This document shows positions 21,480-31,000 of a DNA stretch of 38,017 nucleotides, in pieces. The first letter of the stretch is position 1. Each line of letters begins with the position of its first letter. A model generated the notes under the pieces. That model saw only the letters and a program-made list of their open reading frames with translations, was not told the origin of the DNA and did not search any database. Where the stretch lies: the IMG/VR virus record IMGVR_UViG_3300045988_122921; one strand, given 5' to 3'. Source of the stretch: a virus. The translations under genes were made by a program, and so were the position numbers.

Positions 21480-22636
21480 TGATTACGCCTCATCAATTAG
21501 ATTTATGGTCCTCTAATATGTCACACCTCTACCAATCGTTAGAGGGCGAATTAATACGAATCATCGCTAAGCGTTTAAAAAACGGTAACGAGAATATTTT
21601 AGATTGGCAAAGAGAAAAGCTTCAAGAGTTACATTTGTTTAACAAAGAAACCGCAAAAGTCATTTCTCAAGTAACAGGAATTGCTGAATCTGAAATAGAG
21701 CGAATGTTTGAAAGTACCGGGCAAAAAATTGTAAAAGATATTGATAAAGAATTACCTTATGATCCAAAGCCTATGCCAACAGATTTAGACAATATTATGA
21801 AAGCCTATCACGACCAAGTGTGGTCTGATATTAACAACTATGTAAATCAAACGTTGTTATCCACTAACTTCGGTTATGGAACAGCCACCAGCCAAATGTA
21901 CAATGAAATCATTAATAAGACAGTCGCTGCATTTAACAGCGGGTTATTTACATTTGACGAAGCGTTAGAACGTACTATACAAAGTTGGGCACAGAAAGGG
22001 ATTAAGTCAACATTTGTAGATAAAGGCGGTCATACGTGGAGCTTGGAACGTTACGTTCGAACCGTTTTAAAGTCTACATTAGGTAACACCTATGATAAGT
22101 TACGAAAAGACCGTATGAGCGAGTATGACGTTCACACGGTACTGGTCACTAGCCATATGGGGGCTAGAAAAGCTTGTTCTAAGATTCAAGGACACGTTGC
22201 CGATTTACGTGAATCTGTTTCAAGTAATGAAAAGTATAAGAGTATTTACGACCCTTATTGGGGCGCAGAATATGGAACTGCTGGCGGGCATAGAGGGATT
22301 AACTGCAATCATTTACACATTCCTTTTATCCCTGGTATCAATACAAATAATCAACCTAAAATTGATGCAAAGGAAAATGAAAAAGTTGCTGAATTGACGA
22401 AACGTCAACGGCAATTAGAGCGCCAAGTAGTCAAATTTAAAAAGAATCAAATGGTTTCCGAAGCATTAGATCATACTGACAATGCCAAGCAATGGAAACA
22501 GAAAGTAAGAGCAAACCAAGCGAAACTACGAGAACTAGTAGATTCTAATGAGTATTTAGGCAGAAATTATGCCCGTGAAAAAGTTTACACCCCGGTTAAT
22601 ACGTTGCTAAAAGATTTTCGCTATGACGATTTTTAG
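21479..22636 (+). CDS. Minor head / head morphogenesis protein (SPP1 gp7 / Mu F family)
   Basis: Position and size, plus the KGGHTWSLERYVRTVL...HMGARKAC pattern. Confidence 0.8.
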   Translation: MITPHQLDLWSSNMSHLYQSLEGELIRIIAKRLKNGNENILDWQREKLQELHLFNKETAKVISQVTGIAESEIERMFESTGQKIVKDIDKELPYDPKPMPTDLDNIMKAYHDQVWSDINNYVNQTLLSTNFGYGTATSQMYNEIINKTVAAFNSGLFTFDEALERTIQSWAQKGIKSTFVDKGGHTWSLERYVRTVLKSTLGNTYDKLRKDRMSEYDVHTVLVTSHMGARKACSKIQGHVADLRESVSSNEKYKSIYDPYWGAEYGTAGGHRGINCNHLHIPFIPGINTNNQPKIDAKENEKVAELTKRQRQLERQVVKFKKNQMVSEALDHTDNAKQWKQKVRANQAKLRELVDSNEYLGRNYAREKVYTPVNTLLKDFRYDDF

Positions 22637-22687
22637 AGAGAAGAAGTGGGATTTTATGATTTATAAAATAAAAAAAGAGGTGTTTCT

Positions 22688-22876
22688 ATGCTAATAAAAT
22701 TTATCGCCATTGTGATTGGATTGCCAGTCATTGGTTTATCACTAGCAATCACTATCGCTTTTATTAGATATGGGTTTCGCGTGAATATGGAGACAAAGGA
22801 AGATCCTTACGATCGATTAGATGCCGATTACGAAGAATATTTAAAAAGAGAAGAAAACAGGTCTAACTATCGTTAG
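22688..22876 (+). CDS. Small membrane protein, 62 aa
   Basis: An N-terminal TM segment followed by an acidic tail. A terminator hairpin overlaps the stop. Confidence 0.55.
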   Translation: MLIKFIAIVIGLPVIGLSLAITIAFIRYGFRVNMETKEDPYDRLDADYEEYLKREENRSNYR

Positions 22877-22883
22877 GCTTTTT
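22861..22883 (+). terminator. Terminator-like hairpin GTCTAAC-TATC-GTTAGGC plus T5
   Basis: 7-bp stem with one G-U, followed by a T-run. Confidence 0.45.
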
Positions 22884-22971
22884 ATTTTATACCTAGACCT
22901 GCTCGGAAGTCTCAAAAAGACGGCTCACAGTGGGAGTTGCCACTCAAAAAACACTTAGGAGGAACAGATTT

Positions 22972-23526
22972 ATGAAAAAAGAGGATTTAATCGCATTAGG
23001 CATTGAGGAAGAAACAGCGAAGGCTATCATGGCTTTACATGGTAAGACGGTCACGCAACTAAATGCGCAAGTTGCTACTGCAGAGAGTGAACGTGACAGC
23101 GCTAAGCAAGAACTAGAAGCTAACCAAGAAGAATTGACGGCCTTAAAAGAATCAGCACAAGGAAACGATGATTTAACGCAAAAATTAGCTGATTTACAAA
23201 CAAAGTTTGATGAGGCGAAAAATAATTCTGAAAAACAGTTAGCTGAACAACAAAAAGATTTCGCAATTAAATTAGCATTAAAAGAAGCGAATGCGCTTGA
23301 TGAAGAAATCTTACTTGGTCAACTAGATAAAGACACTATTAAAGTTGTCGACGGTAATTTACAAGGTTTTGAAGAACAATTAAAGGGACTACAAGAAAAT
23401 AAAGCCTTTTTGTTTCAAACCGATAAAGACCCAGCTTCAACGCCGCAAATCGTTAACCCTGGAAATCCTAAAAATGATAAAGGAAACACAGACGTGTTTG
23501 CAGCAGCAGTTGAAAAATATATTTAA
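22972..23526 (+). CDS. Scaffolding protein
   Basis: ATG 22972 follows an AGGAGG RBS. Highly alpha-helical, Glu/Lys/Gln-rich, and directly upstream of the capsid gene. Confidence 0.8.
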   Translation: MKKEDLIALGIEEETAKAIMALHGKTVTQLNAQVATAESERDSAKQELEANQEELTALKESAQGNDDLTQKLADLQTKFDEAKNNSEKQLAEQQKDFAIKLALKEANALDEEILLGQLDKDTIKVVDGNLQGFEEQLKGLQENKAFLFQTDKDPASTPQIVNPGNPKNDKGNTDVFAAAVEKYI

Positions 23527-23542
23527 GAAGGAGAAATAAATT

Positions 23543-24409
23543 ATGTCAATCAAATATTACACTAAACAATATGCAGGTATTTTGCCAGAACTGTTTGCTA
23601 AAAAAGCAGTATTTTTACGTGCTTTCGGAGGTACTTTACAGACAAAAGACGGAGTCTCTCAAAACGATACATTTCTAGATTTGAAAGTTACAGATACGGA
23701 CGTTGTTATTCAAGCATATTCGACAGATGAAAATGTAGGATTTGGAACAGGGACAGGCAGCTCAAGCCGTTTTGGTAAACGTAAAGAAGTTAAATCAGTC
23801 AATAAACAAGTTAAATATGAAGCGCCACTTTCAATTCATGAAGGTGTCGATCAGTTTACTGTAAATGATATTCCTGATCAAGTTGTAGCAGAGCGCTTAG
23901 CTTTGCATGCTGTTGCCTGGGCGCAACATGTGGATAACTTGTTAGGCAAAGCATTATCTGACAATGCAAGTGAAGAACTAACCACTACATTAGATGAAGC
24001 TGGTATTACAAAACTATTTTCTAATGCTCATAAGAAATTTGTTAATAACAATGTTTCTCAAAACGTTGCATGGGTTGCCTATGTTAATTCAGACGTTTAC
24101 GACTTATTAATTGATTCAAAACTTGCAACAACTTCTAAAAATTCATCCGCTAATGTTGATGAACAAACTTTATACAAATTTAAAGGGTTTGTTTTAGAAG
24201 AGTTACCAGATGAAAAATTTCAACCAAATGAGGTAGCAATTTTTTCAGCTGATAACGTAGGTGTAGCTGGCGTAGGTATTCAAGTAGCACGTGCTATGGA
24301 TTCAGAAGATTTCGCAGGCACAGCGTTACAAGCGGCAGGTAAGTATGGCAAATATATCCCTGAAAAAAATGCTAAAGCGATTATTAAAGGTGTTGCCCCA
24401 AAAGTGTAG
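23543..24409 (+). CDS. Major capsid protein (0-frame product; a longer form is predicted by -1 frameshift to 24477)
   Basis: Position after the scaffold gene, 288 aa, strong RBS. Confidence 0.85.
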   Translation: MSIKYYTKQYAGILPELFAKKAVFLRAFGGTLQTKDGVSQNDTFLDLKVTDTDVVIQAYSTDENVGFGTGTGSSSRFGKRKEVKSVNKQVKYEAPLSIHEGVDQFTVNDIPDQVVAERLALHAVAWAQHVDNLLGKALSDNASEELTTTLDEAGITKLFSNAHKKFVNNNVSQNVAWVAYVNSDVYDLLIDSKLATTSKNSSANVDEQTLYKFKGFVLEELPDEKFQPNEVAIFSADNVGVAGVGIQVARAMDSEDFAGTALQAAGKYGKYIPEKNAKAIIKGVAPKV

Positions 24410-24477
24410 CCCCGAAAGTTGGTAAACTAACGCCGACAACAAGCGGGGTAGTTATTGAAATGGAAGAAGGAGCTTAG
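24397..24477 (+). other. -1 programmed ribosomal frameshift module at the capsid gene 3' end
   Basis: Slippery C CCA AAA (24397-24403), a 6-nt spacer, and a bulged hairpin at 24410-24448. The -1 frame is open for 24 further codons (SVAPKVGKLTPTTSGVVIEMEEGA) to TAG at 24475-24477. Confidence 0.65.
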
Positions 24478-24492
24478 TCTCCTTCTTTTTTT
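24465..24492 (+). terminator. Rho-independent terminator or attenuator after the capsid gene
   Basis: AGAAGGAG-CTTAGT-CTCCTTCT (8 bp) followed by T7. Confidence 0.65.
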
Positions 24493-24506
24493 AGGAGGAA
24501 TCTAAG

Positions 24507-24911
24507 ATGTCCTATATTGATTTTGAAGAGTTTAAAGAGCTTACAGGCGCCACAGATGAATATAAAGATAACTTTGAAAAATATTTAGTAAAAGCCGCCG
24601 CAGCGATTGATAACGTAACGAATTACTTTTATCAGTTCAATGATATAATGAAAGATTCTAGGCAATTTAGAGTGAAACAGTTTAAACTCGCTCTGTGTGC
24701 ACAAATAATGTATTTTGTCGATGTTGGTGCGGATACGTATGAAAGTATCAACAATGCCCCTCAAAGCTTTTCAGCAGGCCGTACGAGTATTTCTAATGCC
24801 AGTCGCTACAATCCTTCTGGAAATAACGAAAGTAAGTCGTTAACTGCCGAAGACGTTTATTTGTATCTGGAAGGTACAGGTTTGTTATATCGAGGTGTTT
24901 CGTCATGCTAA
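24507..24911 (+). CDS. Head-tail connector (gp6/gp15-like)
   Basis: Position, size, and an AGGAGG RBS. Confidence 0.65.
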   Translation: MSYIDFEEFKELTGATDEYKDNFEKYLVKAAAAIDNVTNYFYQFNDIMKDSRQFRVKQFKLALCAQIMYFVDVGADTYESINNAPQSFSAGRTSISNASRYNPSGNNESKSLTAEDVYLYLEGTGLLYRGVSSC

Positions 24912-25246
24912 TGCCAAAGCCACCCAAAAAATTCTTAGTTGATTCCTTTGAGTATAAAGAGTACTTAGGGGAGGGCGATTGGAACAAGCCAGTATACAAG
25001 GAACCGATCCTTATTGAGTATTGCCGAATTGACAGAGGAAGCCAATATACTTTTTCATCAAGTGGCAAACAATTGCTTTATAACGGATTGATTTTCTGTT
25101 ATCACGAATTGACTACGCCTTTGCCTGAGTTCAAAGAACAATCAGTAGTTATTTACGATGACAAAGAACACGTAATCACTAAAGTTGATACCGTAATTGA
25201 AGCCTATTCGAATGATGTCTACTCGTATGAGATTGAGGTAGTCTGA
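24905..25246 (+). CDS. Head-tail joining / head closure protein
   Basis: Position in the neck module; overlapping starts. Confidence 0.6.
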   Translation: MLMPKPPKKFLVDSFEYKEYLGEGDWNKPVYKEPILIEYCRIDRGSQYTFSSSGKQLLYNGLIFCYHELTTPLPEFKEQSVVIYDDKEHVITKVDTVIEAYSNDVYSYEIEVV

Positions 25247-25572
25247 TGGGGATTAAGGTGAATTTAAGCGGTGTAAGAACCAAAGTAAGCCCTGAGGCAA
25301 TGAGACGAGGCAGATATGCGCTGGGTAATCAAGCGATGGCAGATATGAATCAATTTGTACCACGAAAAAATAATAGTTTAAGGCAAAGCGCTCATTTATC
25401 AAGTGAAGGTGAAAAGATTATTTATGGTACAAAATATGCGAAACGCCAATTTTATCTAAATGGAAAAAAATATACTACGCCTGGGACTGGACCACGGTGG
25501 GATTTAAAAGCAAAAGGTGCTTATATGAATTCGTGGGAACGTGCCTTTTTGAAAGGAGCGGGTATTAAATAA
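25246..25572 (+). CDS. Neck protein (minor capsid protein family of Firmicute siphophages)
   Basis: Position, plus the pattern LGNQAMADMNQFVPRKNNSLRQS. Confidence 0.6.
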   Translation: MGIKVNLSGVRTKVSPEAMRRGRYALGNQAMADMNQFVPRKNNSLRQSAHLSSEGEKIIYGTKYAKRQFYLNGKKYTTPGTGPRWDLKAKGAYMNSWERAFLKGAGIK

Positions 25573-25970
25573 TGGATTTTCTTGATTGTTTAAACGAAAG
25601 GATAAATCAGATTCCAAATTTGCCGTTAAATATCCGGAAAGGATACCTTTCAGCGCTAGAAAGCTTAGTGATTTACCCATTACCGGGCGGTAAGGTAGAA
25701 ACCGAATATTATGACGGAATCAAAGACGAGTTGTTAAACTATGAAATTGCCATGAAATCAAAAGACGGTGCTAAGATAGAGCGGACATTATGGCTACTAT
25801 CGGATGTTTTAGAAAACATTGAAGAACTACCAAGTAAAGATAGCTCTTTTGAGTATAACAATTTAACAATAACGAACAGACCTTTCATCAATGAAGCAGA
25901 TGAACAAGGTTGGTTCGTTTTTTTATTAGATTTTCAAGCAAAATTAACCACATTCAAGGGGGAAAAATAA
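25572..25970 (+). CDS. Tail completion / neck protein
   Basis: Position immediately before the tail-tube gene. Confidence 0.55.
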   Translation: MDFLDCLNERINQIPNLPLNIRKGYLSALESLVIYPLPGGKVETEYYDGIKDELLNYEIAMKSKDGAKIERTLWLLSDVLENIEELPSKDSSFEYNNLTITNRPFINEADEQGWFVFLLDFQAKLTTFKGEK

Positions 25971-26449
25971 TGTTATTAAAAATGGATATCCAAATGTTTG
26001 CACGTGAAAAAAATGCGAAACGTGAACACTATATCGCTGAATATACACCAGGGAAAGAAACAGCTCCTACAGAAGATACGGAATGGTTACGACTAGCTAA
26101 ATATATCTCTACCATTGGTGACGATTCAGACGAAGAAACAGACGACACAGGTTTTTATGACGGTGATGGTACACCTGAAACAACGGTGGTATCAGTATCT
26201 GGTACGTATACACCAGAAGGCATGTACGATGCAGAAGACCCAGCACAACAATTAATTGCAAGTAAAAAATACAAATTAGGTGACGGCCGTAAAATCTGGC
26301 ATAAAGTCGTACAAACCAATGGTGATGTTTATATTGGACGTGCAACAGTTACAGGCATTAAGGCAGGTTCTGGCGATGCGACAGCATACGAAGAATTCGG
26401 CTGCTCAATTAAATTTGACACGTTGCCAGAAATCAGCCCAAAAGCGTAG
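25970..26449 (+). CDS. Major tail (tube) protein (0-frame product; a longer form is predicted by -1 frameshift to 26517)
   Basis: TAATG-coupled start at 25970 after GGGGGAAAAA. Located before the chaperones and tape measure. The track start at 25910 lacks an RBS. Confidence 0.75.
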   Translation: MLLKMDIQMFAREKNAKREHYIAEYTPGKETAPTEDTEWLRLAKYISTIGDDSDEETDDTGFYDGDGTPETTVVSVSGTYTPEGMYDAEDPAQQLIASKKYKLGDGRKIWHKVVQTNGDVYIGRATVTGIKAGSGDATAYEEFGCSIKFDTLPEISPKA

Positions 26450-26517
26450 CCCCAGTAGTCGACAAAATAACGCCGACTACAACTGGGGTCATCATAGATA
26501 TGAAAGAAGGAATCTAA
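26437..26517 (+). other. -1 programmed ribosomal frameshift module at the tail-tube gene 3' end (paralogue of 24397-24477)
   Basis: Same heptamer C CCA AAA (26437-26443), a 6-nt spacer, and a hairpin at 26450-26488 (7 bp, bulge, 5 bp). The -1 extension SVAPVVDKITPTTTGVIIDMKEGI ends at TAA 26515-26517. Confidence 0.65.
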
Positions 26518-26518
26518 C

Positions 26519-26971
26519 ATGGCGAGAGAATATATCGTTTATAAAGGTGAGGAAGTCGTTGTTCCGGCTAGTCCAAGCCCTTTAGAAATTATAGGCATTG
26601 AGCCCAATACGGATGTTCCAGCAGGAACGTACCAAGTAGGGTTTGTAGACGGTGGAGAGAAAGTAGATGTACCGGCATTTAAGACGTTACCGATTGCTGT
26701 AACTGGCTTAGAGTTTTCTCCTAAAACATCAACAGCAGATGCGGGTACTGCAGGTAGCCGACAAATCACAGCAACTGTCTTGCCTGAAAATGCAACCAAC
26801 AAAAAAGCAACCTATGAGATTACGCCTGAAACAGAAGGTCTTGCTGTCTCTGAAACAGGAAATATTACTTGGACAGAAGCGGTACCGGCTGGTGTTTATA
26901 CCACAACAGGAACAACAGAGGATGGTAAAAAAACAGCTCAACACACCTTAACATTGAATAATCAATCATAA
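26519..26971 (+). CDS. Ig-like (Big_2-type) domain protein; candidate virion decoration or adhesion protein
   Basis: ITATVLPENATNKKATYEITPETEGLAVSETGNITWTEAVPAGVYTTTGTTEDGKKTAQHTLTL is a Big_2 pattern. It has its own GAAGGA RBS. Confidence 0.75.
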   Translation: MAREYIVYKGEEVVVPASPSPLEIIGIEPNTDVPAGTYQVGFVDGGEKVDVPAFKTLPIAVTGLEFSPKTSTADAGTAGSRQITATVLPENATNKKATYEITPETEGLAVSETGNITWTEAVPAGVYTTTGTTEDGKKTAQHTLTLNNQS

Positions 26972-26981
26972 ATACGAAAAT

Positions 26982-27010
26982 AAAGGGCAGCTATTTGGCT
27001 GTCCTTTTCT
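26982..27010 (+). terminator. Terminator-like hairpin after the Ig-like gene
   Basis: AAAGGGCAGC-TATTTG-GCTGTCCTTT followed by a T-run. Confidence 0.55.
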
Positions 27011-27025
27011 TATGGAGGTAATTAA

Positions 27026-27433
27026 ATGAAAGCATTAGAAATTAACGTAAAACGCACAGGTTTCCCAGTCATTTTAGCAGGACATGAATTTTTCTTTGAT
27101 AGTTCACCAGAACATTTAATCGAGGTACAAAAAAACTATGAAGCGTTTGAAAAAGAAGTAGATTCGATTGAAGGACCCAATGAAGACGATGCAGATAGCT
27201 TGGACTTAGAGCCGTACAAAGAGTTGTTAGCAAAAGGGTATGACGTCATGTTAGGCGAAGGGACATTCGATACGTTGTATGCGGATATTCCAGACATCAA
27301 CGCATGGCTAAACGCTTTCTTTGATTTATACAACGGGATTGCCGATCAATTGGACGAATTCAAAGAGGAACAAACTAAAAATTCCCAACGCTTAAAACAG
27401 AAGTACTTGAAAAAAGTTAGTAAGAAAGGGTGA
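27026..27433 (+). CDS. Tail assembly chaperone (gpG analogue)
   Basis: An acidic 135-aa protein between the tube and tape-measure genes. Confidence 0.7.
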   Translation: MKALEINVKRTGFPVILAGHEFFFDSSPEHLIEVQKNYEAFEKEVDSIEGPNEDDADSLDLEPYKELLAKGYDVMLGEGTFDTLYADIPDINAWLNAFFDLYNGIADQLDEFKEEQTKNSQRLKQKYLKKVSKKG

Positions 27434-27438
27434 GCGCA

Positions 27439-28008
27439 ATGCGGTTAAACGATCCGCTGCCCTCTTTTTTTGAGTTTGAAGAGAAAGAGTATCCTCTAAA
27501 TCTTGCTTTTGATCGTGTGTTGGATGTTTTCGACGTGCTGTCTGATGACGGGATGAATCTTCCAGACAAGGTAGAGACTTGTATAAAGATTTTAGTTGGT
27601 GATGTAGGACTAGATATTGTATCTCAATTTGAGATGTTCAGAGAACTATACGATACCTATCTCGTCTTTGGTAAAAAATCAGAAGTGGTAACCGATGAAT
27701 TAGGAAATGTTATGCCGATGAAACCAGTCAGTAAAGATATGGACATTGTATTAGATGCAAAATACATTTATGCCTCTTTTCGACAAATAGGTATCAATTT
27801 ATTTGAGGAACAGGGCCGTTTGTCTTGGGAAGAATTTCAAGTATTGCTAGAATCGTTGCCAGATGACACACCTATTCAAAAAATTAAAAGTATCCGTAAC
27901 TGGAAACCGCAAAAAGGAGAAAGTACTGAACACAAGGAACAAATGAGAGAACTTCAAAGGCGTTATGCATTACCAAATTACGTAAGGGAGGAGGAAGAAG
28001 ATGGCTGA
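27439..28008 (+). CDS. Tail assembly chaperone, second ORF (gpT analogue)
   Basis: Lies in the -1 frame relative to the preceding ORF. Has its own ATG 27439 after GAAAGGG. The track start is GTG 27430. Confidence 0.6.
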   Translation: MRLNDPLPSFFEFEEKEYPLNLAFDRVLDVFDVLSDDGMNLPDKVETCIKILVGDVGLDIVSQFEMFRELYDTYLVFGKKSEVVTDELGNVMPMKPVSKDMDIVLDAKYIYASFRQIGINLFEEQGRLSWEEFQVLLESLPDDTPIQKIKSIRNWKPQKGESTEHKEQMRELQRRYALPNYVREEEEDG

Positions 28009-31000
28009 TGGAAGTGTAGTAATTGATGTCGACGTGAATGGGAAGGACGTCACAGGGCTAAATAATCAATTAGACCAATTGGAAGGCAAGTCCGCCAAAG
28101 CAAGTCGAGGCATTGGAGACATGGTCAAAGCGATGGGGCTCGTTAAGTTGGGCAGTGCAGCATTTGATGTTTTAAAAGGCTCAATTGAAGGAGCAGTTAC
28201 ACGTTTTGACAAGTTGAACCAGTTTCCTAAAGTTTTAACAGCTATGGGAGCTAGTACAGATGATGCTACCCGTGCAACGAATAAGTTGAAAGAAGGAATT
28301 GATGGGCTACCAACGAAATTGCAAGATGTGAGTGACACTACGCAACAAATGTATAGTGTTTTTAAAGATGCCGATTTAGCGGCTGACAGTACACTTGCTT
28401 TAAACAATGCTTTACTTGCTAGTGGTTCTAGTGGCGAAAAAGCACAACGTGGGACAGAGCAATACATGAAAATCTTACGTACGGGGAAAGTTGAACTTGA
28501 TTCCTATACGACTTTACAAGAAACCATGGGTTTTGGCTTAGATAAGTTAGCAGAAAAATTTGGCTTTACAGGCAAATCTGCGCAACAAGATTTGTACAAA
28601 GCCTTACAAAGTGGTCAGGTTACCGTTGAACAGTTCAACCAAGGGTTAATTGATATTCAAGATGGCTTAGGCGGAACAAAAGAAGTCGCTCGAAAAACTA
28701 CAGAAGGGATAGCTACCTCTTTTTCAAACTTAAAAAACTCTATAACCAATGGAATGGCAAATGTGTTAACTAAATTTGATGAGATCGTAACGAAAGTTTC
28801 TGGAAAAAGTATTGCAGCTAATCTGAATAGCTTAAAAGGCATTGTAAATAATACATTTTCAGCGATTACAAAATCCATGGACGGCTTAATTCCTGTTATT
28901 GATTCAATAAAAAAAGCTTTTGCTGATAATCAATCAATAATAAAAATCTTTTCTGATACATTCGATCAAGCTTTTAAAATAATAGGATTTATTGTATATG
29001 ACGTAATAAATATTCTTCAACGATTTTGGGGAGAGATATCGAAAAGTAGTGAAAGTTCAAGTTTAATTGATATCTTATCAAATGTGTTTACTACCTTGAA
29101 AGATGTTGTGTTAGATGTATTAGAAAATATTCAATACTTTTTTGATATTCTAGGTTCTGTTGATGTTCCTGAAAAATTAGGAGCTGCATTTAATAATTTA
29201 AAAGATATTTTGTTCGATTCTGTTGAAGCAGTTTCCAATTTCTTTGGTAGTTTTAATCTAGGAGAAACAAGTACTTCTATTACTGAGACTTTGATAGATA
29301 CTGTTCTATTGCTAGTAGATACTTTTTTTAAAGTAACCGAAAAAGCTAAAGATTTTATCAAATGGATTGATAGCGGATCGACTGCATCAGATGTTTTTAA
29401 AGGGGTAATAGTGGCATTAGGTGTCGCTATATCTGGCGTTGTTCTGTATTACAAAGCCTGGCAAACATATATCAATCTAGTAGTTAAAGCTCAGAAAGCT
29501 TGGAACTTAATTACTAAAATTGGAACAGGAATACAAACGGCGTTTAATGCGGTTATGTCTGTTAATCCAATTTTTTTAATAGTAGGAGCCATTGCAGCAT
29601 TAATTGCTGGATTAGTTTATTGGATAACCAAAACTAAGTCTGGTCAAAAAGCATGGAAAGCCTTCACAGACTGGCTTGTAAAGGCTTGGGAAGGTATGGT
29701 CGATTTCTTCAAAGGAGTTTGGGAAGGAATAACAGATATTTTTGATTCTGCAGTTAAAACGGTTAAAGAGCTCTGGAAGGGTACTCTGGATTTTTTCAAA
29801 AAGCTAGGGGAAGATATAACGTCTATCTTTAAATCTAGTATAGAAACAGTGAAAGATTTATGGAGCGGTGTAACAGAATTTTTCCAAAGTTTATTAGATG
29901 GAATTGTTTCGGCATTTAATACGTCTGTTGAATTTTTGAAAGGTATTTGGCAGTCTGCAGTTGATATATTTAACGCTATTTGGGAAACGATAGGGCCAAC
30001 AGTGATGATTATTGTTGATGGCATTGTAGAACTCTGGAATAATTTCACAGAAACAATTACTGGTATATGGGAAGGAATTAAAACGACTGCGGAAGGCGTT
30101 TGGGAATTGATTAAATCTGTAATTATGGGCCCTATACTACTTTTGATTGATTTGATAACTGGTGATTGGGAACAATTAAAGGAAGACTTATCAATGATAT
30201 GGGAAAGTATTAAAGAAGCCGGTAGTATGATCTGGGACGGCATACAACAGATAATTGGTTCATATGTTGAAGGCGTAGTCAATTTTGTAAAAACAGTTTG
30301 GGAAACTGGAAAAAACTTCTTAAGTGATATATGGGAAGGGATTAGCAATATAGCTTCTATTGTATGGGATGCAATTACCAGTACAATTTCAAATTTGGCA
30401 CAAAGTGCGCTTGATGGTGCTAAAAACGCATGGAGTGGAGCGAAACAGTGGGCATCCGATACTTGGGAAAGTGTTAAGCAAACTTCTGCCGAAACATGGG
30501 ACGGAATAAAAACGACAGTATCAGAATCTGCAAAGAACGCTCTAGAATGGGCTAAAAGCGCATGGAGTGGAGCGAAACAGTGGGCATTCGATACTTGGGA
30601 AGGTGTAAAACAAGCCACTGCAGAAAAATGGGAAAATACTAAATCAACAGTAGCCAATCTTGCAGATGCTACATTAAGAGGAATGGAAAGTGCTTGGAGT
30701 ACAGCAAAAAGCATTGCATCAGATATATGGGAAGGTGTAAAAGAAACTGTAAAAGCTGCTATGGATTTTGATCTATTTGCGGCTGGTCGAGCAATTATGG
30801 AAAGTTTCACTGATGGGCTTAAACATGCATGGGAAGCGACGAAAGAGTTTGTCAGTGGTATTGGTGATTGGATACGAGAACATAAAGGGCCTATTAGTTA
30901 CGATAGAAAACTTTTAATTCCAGCTGGTAAAGCGATTATGGGTGGTTTAAATGAAAGTTTACAAGCGAGTTTTAAATCTGTCCAAAAAACAATTAAGCCT

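Noticed and set aside
26109-26944. Several overlapping alternative-frame ORFs (60-101 aa) within the tail-tube and Ig-like genes
   Set aside because: They have no RBS and compositionally odd translations, and they overlap well-supported genes. Only the 24-codon -1 extension at 26437-26517 is supported, by paralogy with the capsid site.
27421-27441. Canonical G/GT-type -1 frameshift between the two tail chaperone ORFs
   Set aside because: The second ORF is in the -1 frame, but that frame is closed by TAG and TAA until 27423. The only available window (AAG AAA GGG TGA) has no X XXY YYZ heptamer in the correct register. The second ORF also has its own RBS and ATG. A non-canonical shift cannot be excluded.
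29644-30810. 388-aa ORF on the minus strand inside the tape measure gene
   Set aside because: It is antisense to a well-supported 1089-aa gene. It has a low-complexity Ser/Ala/Phe-rich translation and no RBS. This is a typical artefact of the repetitive W/E/K codon pattern of tape-measure genes.
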